Assembly: GCA_051362555.1 (NCBI GenBank)
Contig: CM120640.1
Coordinates: 66,876,788-66,940,787, forward strand
Direction: 5' to 3'
DNA: 64,000 nt
From: Lingula anatina
Lineage: Eukaryota > Animalia > Brachiopoda
Shown: piece by piece, positions 1 through 12,207 of the stretch
Layout of the letters: every line of letters begins with the position of its first letter
How positions within the stretch are numbered: position 1 is the stretch's first letter
Translations under genes and position numbers: made by a program
Notes under the pieces: generated by a model
Seen by the model: only the letters and a program-made list of their open reading frames with translations
Database searches by the model: none
Told to the model about the DNA's origin: nothing

Positions 1-149
1 AGAATGGAGGAAATTGGACATTTAACACTGTTCTATTGATATTTTTCCCATCTCATCAATTTTCTTAGTTTGTCATATAAAAATGGAAGTATACTGTTTA
101 TTTTGTTTTGTTTAAAAAGTGTTAAAATGGAAATAAACCCATTTCAGAA

Positions 150-1720
150 CAGTGCTGTCATTTTTACAGTTTGGCATTTTTAAGATGTGACTTTGAAGTT
201 CCATGAGCCTGCAGATCTTTGCTAGTCACATTTTCTGAATATCCATGATACTAATATTTTATGATTAAAAATTGATGGTCATTATGCTGTAAAACATTAT
301 GTAATATTGCATCAAAATTTGAAGAAACCCCTATTTTGGGCACTGCTCCCATGATGACCATTTAAGGAAAGTCATGTCACTTACTGTTCTCAAACTTACA
401 GGAAAGAAACATGGGACTAAAATACAGCTTCAGTAGGCAATGCAGTCTGTTTGGTAAATTTTTCTGGTAGTTAAGCAGTTTTTTTGTGAAAATTTAATTT
501 TTCACATATTGGCATTTTCAATGTATGACTTTGAAGTTCCATGATCCTGAAGACCTTTGCTTGTCACATTTTCTGAATATGCGTTATACTAATATTTTAT
601 AGTTAAAAATTGATGGTCATTATGCTGTTAAACATTATGTAATGTTGCATCAAAATTTGAAGAAACCCCTGTTTTGGGCACTGCTCCCATGATGACCATT
701 TAAGGAAGATCGTGTCAATTACTGTTCTCAAACTTACAGGAAAGAAACATGGGTCTAAAATAAAGCTTCAGTAGGCAATGCAGTCTGTTTGGTAAATTTT
801 TCTGGCAATTAAACAGTTTTTTGTGAAAATGTAATTTTTCACATATTGGCATTTCCAAGGTGTGACTTAGAACCTCCACGGGCTTGAAGACCCATGCTAG
901 TCACATTTTCTGAAAATTCATGACACTTATATTTTATTATTAAAAATCGATGGTCATTATGCCGTTAAGCATTATGTAATGTTGCATCAAAATAGAAGAA
1001 AACACAATTTTGGGTGCTGCTGCCTTGATGACCGTTATGGGAAAACTGTGTTACTTATGACTGTCAAACTTTCAAAAAAGAAACACAGGACTAAAATGCA
1101 GCCTGAGTTGGAAAAGCAGTCTAATTGGCTTCTTTTTCTGGAAGCTATACATTTTAGTGTAATATTCATTATCTTTTTGGCATATTCATTGTGGGACTCA
1201 GAGCTCCCATGAACATGAAGCCGAATGGTAATCATATTTTCTACATGTCCATCCTATTTATAGTCAATAAACAAAAATTGGTGATAATTATTCTCTAATT
1301 TATTATGTAATGTTACATCAAAATTGACAACAATCTTTTTGCACTGCTACTGCAAACATTATGAAAAGAAAACTGTGCTACTTATTATCATTTTTAACTT
1401 ACAAGTACGATTTTTAGGATTGGCCTTCAGCTCATATGAGAAAACCAGCTCTATTGGATTATCATTTTTATTGAATTTATGCATTTTTTGTGAAATTTTC
1501 ATTTTTCTCATTCTGGCACTTTCTAAGTATAAACTTGAACTCCGATGGGCCTGAAGCCTTATGCTTTTAATTTCGTCTGTGTTACCTGTTGTGCATAAGT
1601 TGATGTTGACTGTGCAGTTAAACATAATGTATTATTGCATCAGGATTGGTAGTCTCCTATTTTGGGCATTATGGTTTTGTGCTTTTCTTAAAGTGTGACT
1701 TATGGACCTAAAGACCTTTG
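150..1720. repeat. Degenerate tandem repeat (satellite-like), unit ~335-340 bp, ~4.5-5 copies, intronic
   Basis: Motif TGGCATTTT..TGTGACTTTGAAGTTCCATGA..CTGAAG recurs near 172, 509, 848, 1177 and 1514. Motif ACATTATGTAAT.TTGCATCAAAATT recurs near 294, 632, 970, 1303 and 1622. Copies 1-2 are very similar; later copies are increasingly decayed. Confidence 0.9.
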
Positions 1721-1937
1721 AGTGGGTCAGTCTGTAAATTACCCTTGGGTATCACTAAATTAATTTCAGAGTTATAAAGTCATTTGCCTTAATAGGCCAT
1801 TAAATGAGATTACATAAAGCACACTTGTTGATATTTCCCTGTAAACTCCCAAAGGTAAAGCTCTCTGCTAGATTAATAATAAGGAAGCAGTGATAATTAT
1901 GAAGGTAAATTTTGTTTAATATTGCAAATAAGTTTTA

Positions 1938-1941
<4 letters not shown>

Positions 1942-1973
<32 letters not shown>
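1942..1973. repeat. (TA)n microsatellite
   Basis: Direct reading. Confidence 0.95.
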
Positions 1974-1975
<2 letters not shown>

Positions 1976-2020
1976 AACTGGAAGATTAAAAGTTTGAATA
2001 GCATCTTCATTGGAATTATA

Positions 2021-3650
2021 TTTACCTCAAGCTCTGCCAAGGAGGTCATATTTTCACCCCCGTTTGTCTGTCATCCACATAACACAAAAAGTTATGGACT
2101 GATTTTGCAGAAATTTTCAGGAACTGTCGGAAGTGGGCCAAAGAGGACAATGATTAATTTTTGGTGGTGGTCCAGGGCTCGACATTAGCGCCTGTCCGCC
2201 TGTCCGGGACAGGTAAAAATTCAGTTCGGACAGGTGAAGTTGCAGGGTTGGCTGTCCGACGGACAGGTCATGTTTTATGAGAAATTTGGATCAAAAATCT
2301 TTAAAAAATCATTTTTTGTTGCATACTAACGTCTTTTTGCTTCTTCCTAGACAACATTGAAAAGAGTGACCTACTTTTGGCACAAAACACATGCAGTCGC
2401 AAAACGAAGTCTGAGCAAACTTACCGCCAAATTATGAAAGTGAACACCCTCCAGAACTTCATCAGACAAAATTTATTCACATATCAGGTTCACTACTGAA
2501 CATTTATTTAGTTAAAATCTACGTGCTCCAGTAATAAAGACACTTCCAAAAACAGAAACTACACAAGTACTGTGCTGGAGCCAGATTGGACTGGATGAAC
2601 TGGCTATATCTAGTTCGTTGTCAAGGCAACATACTGCCTGTCAATCAAACACGTGGTATGCTATCTACTCACTATAGAAAGTGAAATCTTTGGGACTGAA
2701 GATCTTGTTGAAATGTTGTTTATTTGCCAAAATATAACCTGAAATTTTGTATCATGCTTTCTTTAATGACTCTAGCATCACCTCTGTTATTTACAGTTTA
2801 AAATTTAGTGCTGGAATATGATAAATTAACATTGCTCTCATATACCAGTGTTATATTGATGTAAGGAAGAAATAAGTAATAACAAATATGAGAATTTAAA
2901 TAGAAAGAAGGGGAACCTTTTTATGCTGATTTTATTTAATTCATATATTTTTAAAAAATCAAACATGTGATAACCCCTTAAGAAGTTAAATTGTTGACAT
3001 AAATATAAGTAAAGTATTATAATATGAATATAAAATAATGAATAAATAAAATAATATATATAATTTTTTCATTGAACTTTATTCAAATATTATAAAATTT
3101 GAATATTTTTATAAAATTATTTTAACAGTACCACCTCCCCACTTCCCGCTCAGGTTTTTTTTTTTTTTTAGCTTTGGTTAAACTTCATGTGAATCTGTTA
3201 TCAAATTGCAGACTTACAATTAGTAGACCCTGTACCCCAAATCCTAGGAGAAGCCCTGATGTTAAATATCAGACTTATATGCAAGATTAATCTTCAGGAG
3301 TTCACAAGTATGAAAAAACAACTTTTTATCTGAACATAAATTCACTTTAAAGTGCATTTTCGGGGCTCATATGACTGAATGTTTTGGTAATATATACGTT
3401 AATTTAAATGTATGACTACGCGTATTAATTGACAAAGTTCAAAGGTATGAATAGAAAAAAATATTGGTTTTGTGGACAGGTTGGATTGAAAATCGGACAG
3501 GTCAAATATATGAGCACCTGTCCGAAGGACAGGTGCTCACAAAAGTTAGTGTCTAGCCCTGTGGTCTGGAACAATAATCAATCAATTATCAATAATAATC
3601 AACAATTGCTGCCTTGGCAGAGGTCTGCACTCTCAAAGTGCTTTTCTAGC
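2021..3650 (+). mobile_element. Helentron/HINE-type non-autonomous element, interrupted by the element at 2173-3561
   Basis: 5' sub-terminal repeat CTCTGCCAAGG (2032-2042) is the inverse of 3' CCTTGGCAGAG (3612-3622). That is followed by the hairpin GCACT-CTCAA-AGTGC and TTCTAG, the typical HINE/DINE-1-like layout. Confidence 0.7.
2173..3561. mobile_element. Non-autonomous DNA transposon with 15-bp TIRs and 5-bp TSD (hAT5-like)
   Basis: Left end CAGGGCTCGACATTA; right end reverse-complements to CAGGGCTAGACACTA. TGGTC is duplicated at 2168-2172 and 3562-3566. Sub-terminal GGACAGG/CCTGTCC repeats occur at both ends. No transposase ORF. Confidence 0.85.
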
Positions 3651-4310
3651 TTTGTTATGTTTTCCTTTATAATTTTTTCTCAAACACTTGCATTTGTGAC
3701 TTTTAACTCTCATCTGCCTGGGGCTCTGCACATTTTCTGTATTTCCACATAAGCAGTTGTATTGTTTTTTATGTCTTTAAACATTATGTAATATTATTTT
3801 ATGCACTGTCATCATTTTTCAAATATTGAGAGTTTCATAATGTGAATTTGAACTCTCATGGTCCTGAAACTGTAATTTTATTGAAGGGGTGGACCATCTT
3901 CTGGGTCTTCCTGAAGACAGTCAGGTTATTAAGTTTATATTGACTGGTATCTATTTTTTTCTGTTGGAAGACCATCAAAATGGAGGATGGATCAACATAG
4001 ATACTTTGTAATACTGTCAGAAAATATCTCTGGGTCCGCTCCTGTTATTGACCATGTTACCTGTTGTGCAAGATTAAAATTAAGTGTTGACTGACAGTGC
4101 TATTATAAGCATTATTTATTATTGCATCAAAATTGACAGAATGACCTTTTTTGCATCTTTATTTTCTGTTTTTTGTCTGTACATTTGACAGCTTTGCTGC
4201 CTTGTTTTTAAGTTAGTGGAATGCAATTTTTTTCATGAATATGCATGGGAAACAACCTAGTGGTTAAAGTATAATAAATAATGAAAACTAATTAACTTTT
4301 TTTTCTATAG

Positions 4311-7300
4311 CTGTCAACTACTGTAATCCATCAACCTAAAAAGAATTCCTCCCAGGCCCCAGTGAGCAGAAATCCCGTCAAAGCTGTAACAAAGCCAGAG
4401 CCTGTCAGGAGACCGTCAACCAGGGCAGCTGCTAAAGCTGCTAACAAGGCCATTTTGACCAAAGGTAATTGAACAAAGAATATAATTTGGCAAACACCAC
4501 AACAGACCTGACTGTGTGATAGAGAAAATGCAGAGTTCCATTTTCATACCTTTGGCTATGTCCTGCAGTCTGCGCTATTTGGCAATAGCAAGAGACAATT
4601 GCCCACCTAAAATTAAATTTTATATAACACTAGCCCACCTTCGGACACTGATTGCCCAAAGTGTTAGTTGACTAAAAAGTTTTTGGCACAGACTCCTGAT
4701 TTAACTGATCAATAAGAATTGTCATATTCAGGACCAACCAAGAAGCAAAAGACTGCTGAGTCAAAACCAAAACAGGAACCCGAGAAAGAAGACACTGCCC
4801 AAGAACCAAATATTGCAGGTCATAGTGGTCTTACTTCCTTTGCTCCTGTGGATTTTACATTTGCTGCTCCATCCAACTTGTCACCTTTTGAGTTCAAGCC
4901 ACTTAGTCCGGCTAGTGCTGCTAGCTTCCTGTTCCCCAGCCAAGAAGGAGGATCTTATCTTACTAGCTCTGTGACAAAGAGGTTTGTTTTTTATGTATCA
5001 TTAAAGTGAAAGACTGTTTTAAAATACAATAGTTAAGCTAGTAATATTCAAGAAAAGATACACAACATGTTTTCTGCAGTGCTTGAAAAACAAAAAAAAA
5101 AAAAAAACAAGAGTTTTGGATTCCATGGTGATGAATTTGAGTGTTGCATTTTTTAAAATTACCAACAGAAGATGCTCCACCCCAAAAGGCCAGAGTGTAA
5201 AGCGCAGTTCTAAGGTTGTGCACTCTCCGCAACCCACTATCCAGTCTGCCTCTGAGGAATCTGCGGACGAGAACACTGTGCCAAGTCAGGGGGTCAGTAA
5301 GGTGACCAGAACACCTCAGGCCACTGACCAGAGGTCACAGGGGATGGACACCTCACTCACAAAGAAAGGTAAATAGCATGGTTTTGGGAGGTGAAAGGCG
5401 ATTTGATTGGACAATAAGTAATGTTTTGCATGTTTTACATCTGGAATTGGTGAAAGGGTACGTGGGTTGCTTTGATTAGCTGATGTCAACTAATTGATTA
5501 TGCTTGATATGGTCATTATGCTAGATTTGGTGTAACTTACTGTGCGTAAAAGTGATCCATTATGTTCTTTCCCATTAATGCATTTTTAAGATGTTTTTTA
5601 ATATTACTTTTTTTTTGTCACAGAGACCAAAACCCCATTGCAGTTCACCTTCAAGACTCCACTAAGAGCATCTTCCAAAAAGCTAAAAAGTAAAAACCTT
5701 ACTCCCGAAGAAAAGTAAGAATATATTTTATGTAGCATTAGTAATGGATGGAGTTGTATTTTTTGTCACACTGTATTACTTATATATATAGTTTAGTTTC
5801 AAGGAAGCTGTTTTTTCCCTTATCTATTATCGTGGTATTCATTTGAAAAAAGGGCTTAAAATAGTCTGGAAGGGATTCTTTTCTACTGCTGTAACTTACA
5901 GTTTTGCAATCCTTTGGTACAACAGTATGAAGTAATCCATGGCTTTATTTTCAAGGGTTGCAATGATCTGCCAGAGTCCAATGATTGAAGTGAGGAAGAA
6001 GACACCAAAAGAGAAAACTCCAAGTAAGAGATAACATTTTATTGACCCCAACATTAAGGATTTCACATCACTTGTAGTGTAAGAGCAAGTACTTTGACTG
6101 TCTGATGTTTTTTAATCAATTATTATTTTATTATTGTAATTAATTGTGATAGCTGTTTGCTACTGTCATGCTTTTCCTTCTTTCAGCTTCAGAACAACAG
6201 GCACCCCTGCCATCATTTGATGATATAGACACGGTCTGTGCACCTGTGAACCTCAACTCCCAGCTAGAAGCCACCATTGTGGACATAAAACCAGGGGGCA
6301 GCAGCAGCGGCGAGCATGATGTGCCGTACTTCAGGAATTTATTAACATCTGAGACCAGCAGACTGACCTCATTGTGCAAGCACTGGGAGGAGGTGAACAG
6401 TTCCACTCCTGATATACCTGAAGATGGTAAGTGATTTTGGTTTGTGATTTCATTTGAAACTTTAGAATACCAGCACTTTGCAAATCAAATGTTTTAAAAC
6501 ATTGCTGTGCATAAATCTTTCATTTTTGCGTGTGTGTGTGTGTGTGTGTCTGTGAAGTACAAACAAAGATGAGTTAGAGCGTGTTTCTTTTAAGTACGAT
6601 ACTGGGATGCTTGTGAGTAACATTGTTATTAACCTCAGAGTGCATGATGACATTTCAGCTCGTGGTCAGATCCGTACCACTATTGGTCAAGCCCAGCTTC
6701 TGATGGACCAGCGATTTAAGCAGTTCAGTGGCCTGGTGGACAACTGTGAATACAAGACTGGAGAAAAGGAGACCACCTGCACTGATTTACAGGGTTTTTG
6801 GGATATGGTCTATTTTCAAGTAAGTTTTGATTCTATTGCAAATTTTTCCTCATTTCTTAATTTTCTCTATTGAAGTCTGTCATTTTGTTTTATGAGGTTG
6901 AAAAGGGATAGCTATTTGCCATAATTATTATTATTATTATTTTGTTTTGGTGCATTTTCAAGGTGGAAGATGTAAATGTCAAATTCAGTGGCCTGGAAAA
7001 ACTCCAGGCCAAAAGTTGGGTAGAGGACAAACCAGAGCAAGTTGCAAAAAAGGAAATACCGGTGAGCCATTATGAAATTTTTTGATCATTTATGTTTAAA
7101 ATTCACAAACTACTGTCTTGTTAAATTACAATCAATATTAGAAGTGTATCTTTTAAAACACAAATAAGAACAAGGAGCAGTTGTATATTATATAGATAAA
7201 TTTGTTTTTGTTACTGTGTGATCCAAGTGCACATTTGAGTGTCCAATAAATAGTTTCCTCATTAACAGATATTGGCGACTTATATGGTTTGAGGGATTTA

Positions 7301-10141
7301 AATTGATTTTAAAACTTTTTCTTATTTTTTCTTACTTATTGGCCAATGCATGTTTGTATTTCTTTTGTAGAAGAAAGCTACCAAGAAATCTACTAAACCA
7401 GTGGTGAAGTCCAAATTTGCTGAGTTCCGTGCGCAAATGAAGGCACAGCAGAAGCAGCAACAAGAGCAGCAGGTGCCCGTAGTTGTGGAGCCCCAGGAAA
7501 TGAAAACTTTTGATGCAGGGTTCTTCAAAGTCAACAGTCCTGTTAAGAGTCCTATGCAGCAAGGAGAAGGTAGGAGGAATTGAGATTTACTCCCTAATCT
7601 TCTATCACTTTCCTTATTAATGTGTCTTAAAACTAAAAGAAAAATAAGACAAAATAGAGCTGGTGTAAATTTGGAGTAAATGTAATGGTAACTCTAATTA
7701 TTTATATCTAAGGCAAATCACCAAGAAATATGCCAGGAAATTCCAGTCCACTCTTGATGTCAGCACTGTCTGCCAGTAGGAGACCCAAGGTGCCAAGTCC
7801 ACTACTAAAAGATACTACTTCTCTGCTAGAAAATAACCAGCCAGGTGATTCTTCCACAACACAGCAGGCTGACAGAGAGATTTCAGCTGCATCCCCTCAA
7901 CTTCTTTCACGCTCTATTGCCAATGCCCCAGTTGTCCCCAGCCCTCTACTTCTGGACATCACCCCAGGGTTGAGGACACGCAGCAGTCGTAGGTCACGCA
8001 CGTCAATTGGGTCCAGGTCCACTCCAGGAACTCAGAAAACTAGACGACAGTCTCGTAGGTCAGTTGGGACACCTTTGCAGAAAATTCTCACTGAGGATGT
8101 TAGTACGCCAAGCAGTTTGAGGCGTTCCAGAAGAAGCGTTTCAAAGCCCGTGTTTGACCCAGATATTGAGGACAAGAAAGAGGTCATTGAGACAGATGTG
8201 TCTAGTGTCTCCAGTGGAGAGCACGATGTGCCGTACTTCAGGAACTTATTGACATCTGAGACCAGCAGACTGACCTCATTGTGCAGACACTGGGAGGAGG
8301 TGAACAGTTCCACTCCTGATATACCTGAAGATGGTAAGTGAGGAAGACTGTAAAAGGAGAGTTTGTTGAATCACAGTTATGTTAGTCTTTTAAATTTATT
8401 TTATTTAGAAAATATATATACATATTTGAATTACTTGCCTCTCATTTGCCACAATATAGTGCTTGTTTCTATCTTTCTTGCTGTAAGAGATGTGCATAGT
8501 TGGCTTGATGATTTCAATATCAATACTTACCTTTAAGTTGTTTTTTGTTTCAGCTTGTGGTCAGATCCGTACTACCATCGGTCAAGCGCAGCTTTTGATG
8601 GACCAGCGATTTAAGCAGTTTAATGGCCTGGTGGACAACTGTGAATACAAGACTGGAGAAAAAGAGACCACCTGCACTGATTTACAGGGTTTTTGGGATA
8701 TGGTCTATTATCAAGTAAGATCTGGTGAAAATCATGACAGTAAGCTTTTGTTATGTGGTACATTTTGTTTAGTAATTGTTTTTATTAGTATTGCCATACC
8801 ATGTTTAAATTTTATTTATCTTCATAACTTGTATGCAGAATTTAATTTTGAAAAATGACCTACCCATTGGTTTTATTCATAAGGTGGAAGATGTGGATGC
8901 TAAGTTTGAGGCTCTGGAAAAACTTCAGGCCAAGAATTGGGCGGAGGACAAGCCATTAGAAGTGAAGAAGAGAAAAGTACAGGTGAGCCAAGACGTCATG
9001 GAGTGCCAGCATCTTTGCTCTTGAAATTGAACATACAAGAAGTGCAGGAATATTTGCAATACATATAATTCATGCAAGAGTGAATTAAACTATTGTAGGA
9101 AGAACTGTTTATTTCATTTACTGTGATGTTAACTGTATGAAAAACTTAGTTGTATATATTAACATCACTCAAATGATGTGTTAGCTTTTTCACTTCATTG
9201 TATGCATTGGAAGATTTTCCTGTGCTCTGTGCCATCTGTCTTCATTTGGTCTTTATGAGCATTATGGTTTCTGAATTTACAGAAAAAAGCTACCAAGAAA
9301 TCTATTAAACCAGTGGTGAAGTCCAAATTTGCTGAGTTCCGTGCACAAATGAAGGCACAGCAGAAACAGCAACAAGAACAGCAGGTGCCTGTAGTTGTGG
9401 AGCCCCAGGAAATGAAGACTTTTGATGCAGGGTTCTTCAAAGTCAACAGTCCTGTTAAGAGTCCTATGCTACAAGGTGAAGGTATGAGGATTTGAGATTT
9501 ACTAAATGTCATTTGCAAATGTCCCCAATCTGCTGCCACTTTCCATAAGTCTTTTCAAAATGTGCTATTTTAATAGAAATGTAATGATAACTGTTATTTC
9601 TTTTTAAACTTGCAGGCAAATCACCAAGAAATATACCAGGAAATTCCAGTCCACTCCTGATGTCAGCACTGTCTGCCAGTAGGAGACCCAAGGTGCCAAG
9701 TCCACTACTAAAAGATACTACTTCTCTGCTAGAAAATAACCAGCCAAGTGATTCTTCTACAACACAGCAGGCTGACAGAGAGATTTCAGCTGCATCCCCT
9801 CAACTTCTTTCACGCTCTATTGCCAATGTCCCAGTTGTCCCCAGCCCTCTACTAATGGACACCACCCCAGGGTTAAGGACACGCAGCAGTCGTAGGTCAC
9901 GCACCTCCATTGGGTCCAGGTCCACCCCAGGAACTCAGAAAACCAGACGACAGTCTCGGAGGTCAGTTGGGACACCTTTGCAGAAATTGGTTACCACTCC
10001 AGGAAGTTTAAGCCGTTCCAGAAGAAGTGCCTCCCTGGGAGTATTCACCCCAGACAGTCTGGACAAGAGAGCAACAAGGAAGAGAAGGGCATCTGAGCCA
10101 TTAGATGGAGATGGACAGTCCACATCAGGGAGGTGTGCAAG

Positions 10142-10177
<36 letters not shown>

Positions 10178-12207
10178 ATGAATTTCAGTGCAGAGAATTT
10201 GTACTCTTGTTTACATAAAGTGAGCACATCTGAGATAAAATTGTTGAATTTGATATGTAGCACTTAAATATCTGTTGTTATATTTACTTTTTTGAGAAAT
10301 GTTATATCCAGGATCGTTTTTTAAATTTTATCTATTACTTAATCGTAGGAAATCTGTAAAGGAATCCAGGTTTGCCATTGATAAAGAGCCCGAGCAAAAA
10401 GTGCAAGACCAAGGTATTAATGATGCTGACTTCGCCAAATTCCTGATGCCAACACTGGCTGCAGATAATCCACAGGGATATGGTAGACTAATGCTTGCTT
10501 ACTTACTTGTGCTGGGATGGATCATCATGCCTTTTGCTACTACACATTTTTTTTCTCTTTTTTGAGAAAAATAATTGATATGAAGGCCAACACTTGTAGT
10601 TTATTGCTTTCTTTTTATACATTTTTGTTTTTAAGAGATTTTTTGAGATTATGTGTAAACTGACATAAATTATTCTTGTTGTTGAAAAGCAAAAATGCAG
10701 CTTTGAAAAATGGCCTTTAATATATAGAGAATTAAAAGGTGCCTATCTGCATGATGGTTTATTCCTTAACTTGAGGGCATGTAAACTTAAACACTTAGCT
10801 GTATAATGCTTAAAACTTATCTTTTCCTAGCCTATTTGATTATTTCTAGTTAGGAAACTCTATGGGCAATTTTGTTTATCATAATATGTCTGTTCATATT
10901 TTTCAATATCACTTATATACTCTGAAACTTACTTAACACAACACTACCAAAACTCTGGTTTTGGGAAATTTCCCTTAGTGTCAATAGTTGCATATTATAA
11001 GATGCATGGCTTGTACCATTCTATATACTCTCCAGCATGCTTAACATTTTATTAGAACTACCAGCAAAAAAATTATATTTCATTACAATTCCAACATGGA
11101 AAAGACGGTGAAAGAGACAAGTGAACAGGTCTCATTTCTTGCATTGGGTTAAGCCATTTGCTTTACTCTCCAGATGAAAGCATGGAGGAAGAGCCCGGTG
11201 AGGCAGATGAGGAGATGGCTGCCACCATGAAGAGGGACCTCAAGTCTCAGTTTGATCAGCACTCAAATTCAGCCAGAAAGAGAAGGAAGTCCGCCCTGGC
11301 CAGGACTCCTCGCTCAAAGCGCAGATCTAGTTTGAGGCACAGCGTTCATTTTCTTGACTCTCCTGTCAGACTTCACGAAGCTCAGAGTGGACACCTGCCT
11401 GAGACTCCATACAACAGAAATTCTCTCGGTAGGCCATTTTTGCATTGTCATTTATTTGCTTATTTTTGTGAATTCTGTCCTGATTTCATGAATACATAGT
11501 CCTGTTTGGATGTAGCAATTAGTTAACCTAATAATAATTTTGATACATTTCCATTTATATATTACCACAATTTATGCAAGAATGGTGGTCATTATGTAGA
11601 AGATATTTTAGAAGCCAAGGCATGGAGTTTAAATTGAACATCTGGTAACATTAATTTAATAAGTGCATTTGCAGAGAAACAAGCATTTTAAATAAGTCAA
11701 ACCTAAGCTCTGTTGTAACATATAAATATATATGTATTTAAAAAATTTATTATTATTATGATTATATTTATTATATTTGCTATTCTTCCAGTGGCAGCAC
11801 CACGTGTTGGTAGTGGAAAAAGGCTTTCTAGTGCCCCTCTTCCCACAGTGGAGACAACACAATTGATTGTATTTACCCCTCCAAATGGAGCAGAAGCCAA
11901 GTCAGGCACCCCTGAAAGTGCAACTCCAGCTACTAGAATTGCCAGTCTTCGACTGGGATTAAGTCCTAGACCAGCTGAAGTAAGCTATTTATAACAGCAT
12001 TACATACATCAAGTGAAATGCATTCCAATATAAAATGTGTAACAAGTGACTTTTCAGATTGGCAATGCAAATTTCTCCTCCCACTATCAATGATTATTTT
12101 CTCTTTTACAGCCTTTGGATCTTCTAACTGGAGATGTGTTTCCATCCCCTCCTCGCAGATCAAGTAGATTGTCCAGTGTGAACATAGGCAGTCCAAGTCT
12201 GATATGA
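4311..12207 (+). CDS. DLGAP5: DLGAP5/HURP (Mars)-like mitotic spindle protein, 5' end outside window, with two tandem GKAP (GH1) domains
   Basis: Phase-consistent GT-AG exons: 4311-4464, 4732-4981, 5169-5368, 5624-5714, 5956-6023, 6187-6426, 6659-6819, 6963-7061, 7371-7569, 7713-8333, 8554-8714, 8884-8982, 9283-9481, 9616-10132, 10349-10482, 11174-11428, 11792-11979, 12112-12207 (TGA). The GKAP signature GQIRTTIGQAQLLMDQRFKQF..DLQGFWDMVY.QVEDV occurs twice. HURP-like motifs SFAPVDFTF and FDAGFFKVNSPVK are present, with many S/T-P sites. Confidence 0.9.
6300..10040 (+). repeat. Intragenic tandem duplication, period ~1.9 kb (copy 1 ~6300-8150, copy 2 ~8210-10040)
   Basis: Paired exons have identical lengths (161, 99, 199 bp) and identical phases. 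A 371-bp coding block is shared (7713-8083 vs 9616-9986). Confidence 0.95.

Noticed and set aside
150-1720. Tandem array as a CRISPR-like or coding repeat
   Set aside because: Whole units are homologous with no unique spacers, and no frame is conserved.
6300-10040. Duplication as two separate genes or a haplotype misassembly
   Set aside because: A single continuous reading frame links the copies, and the introns and the 99-bp exon are far too diverged for alleles.
5019-10263. Minus-strand ORFs over the DLGAP5-like gene (e.g. 6140-6406, 8032-8313, 7322-7562, 9195-9539)
   Set aside because: Antisense shadows of real exons; they repeat only because the exons are duplicated.
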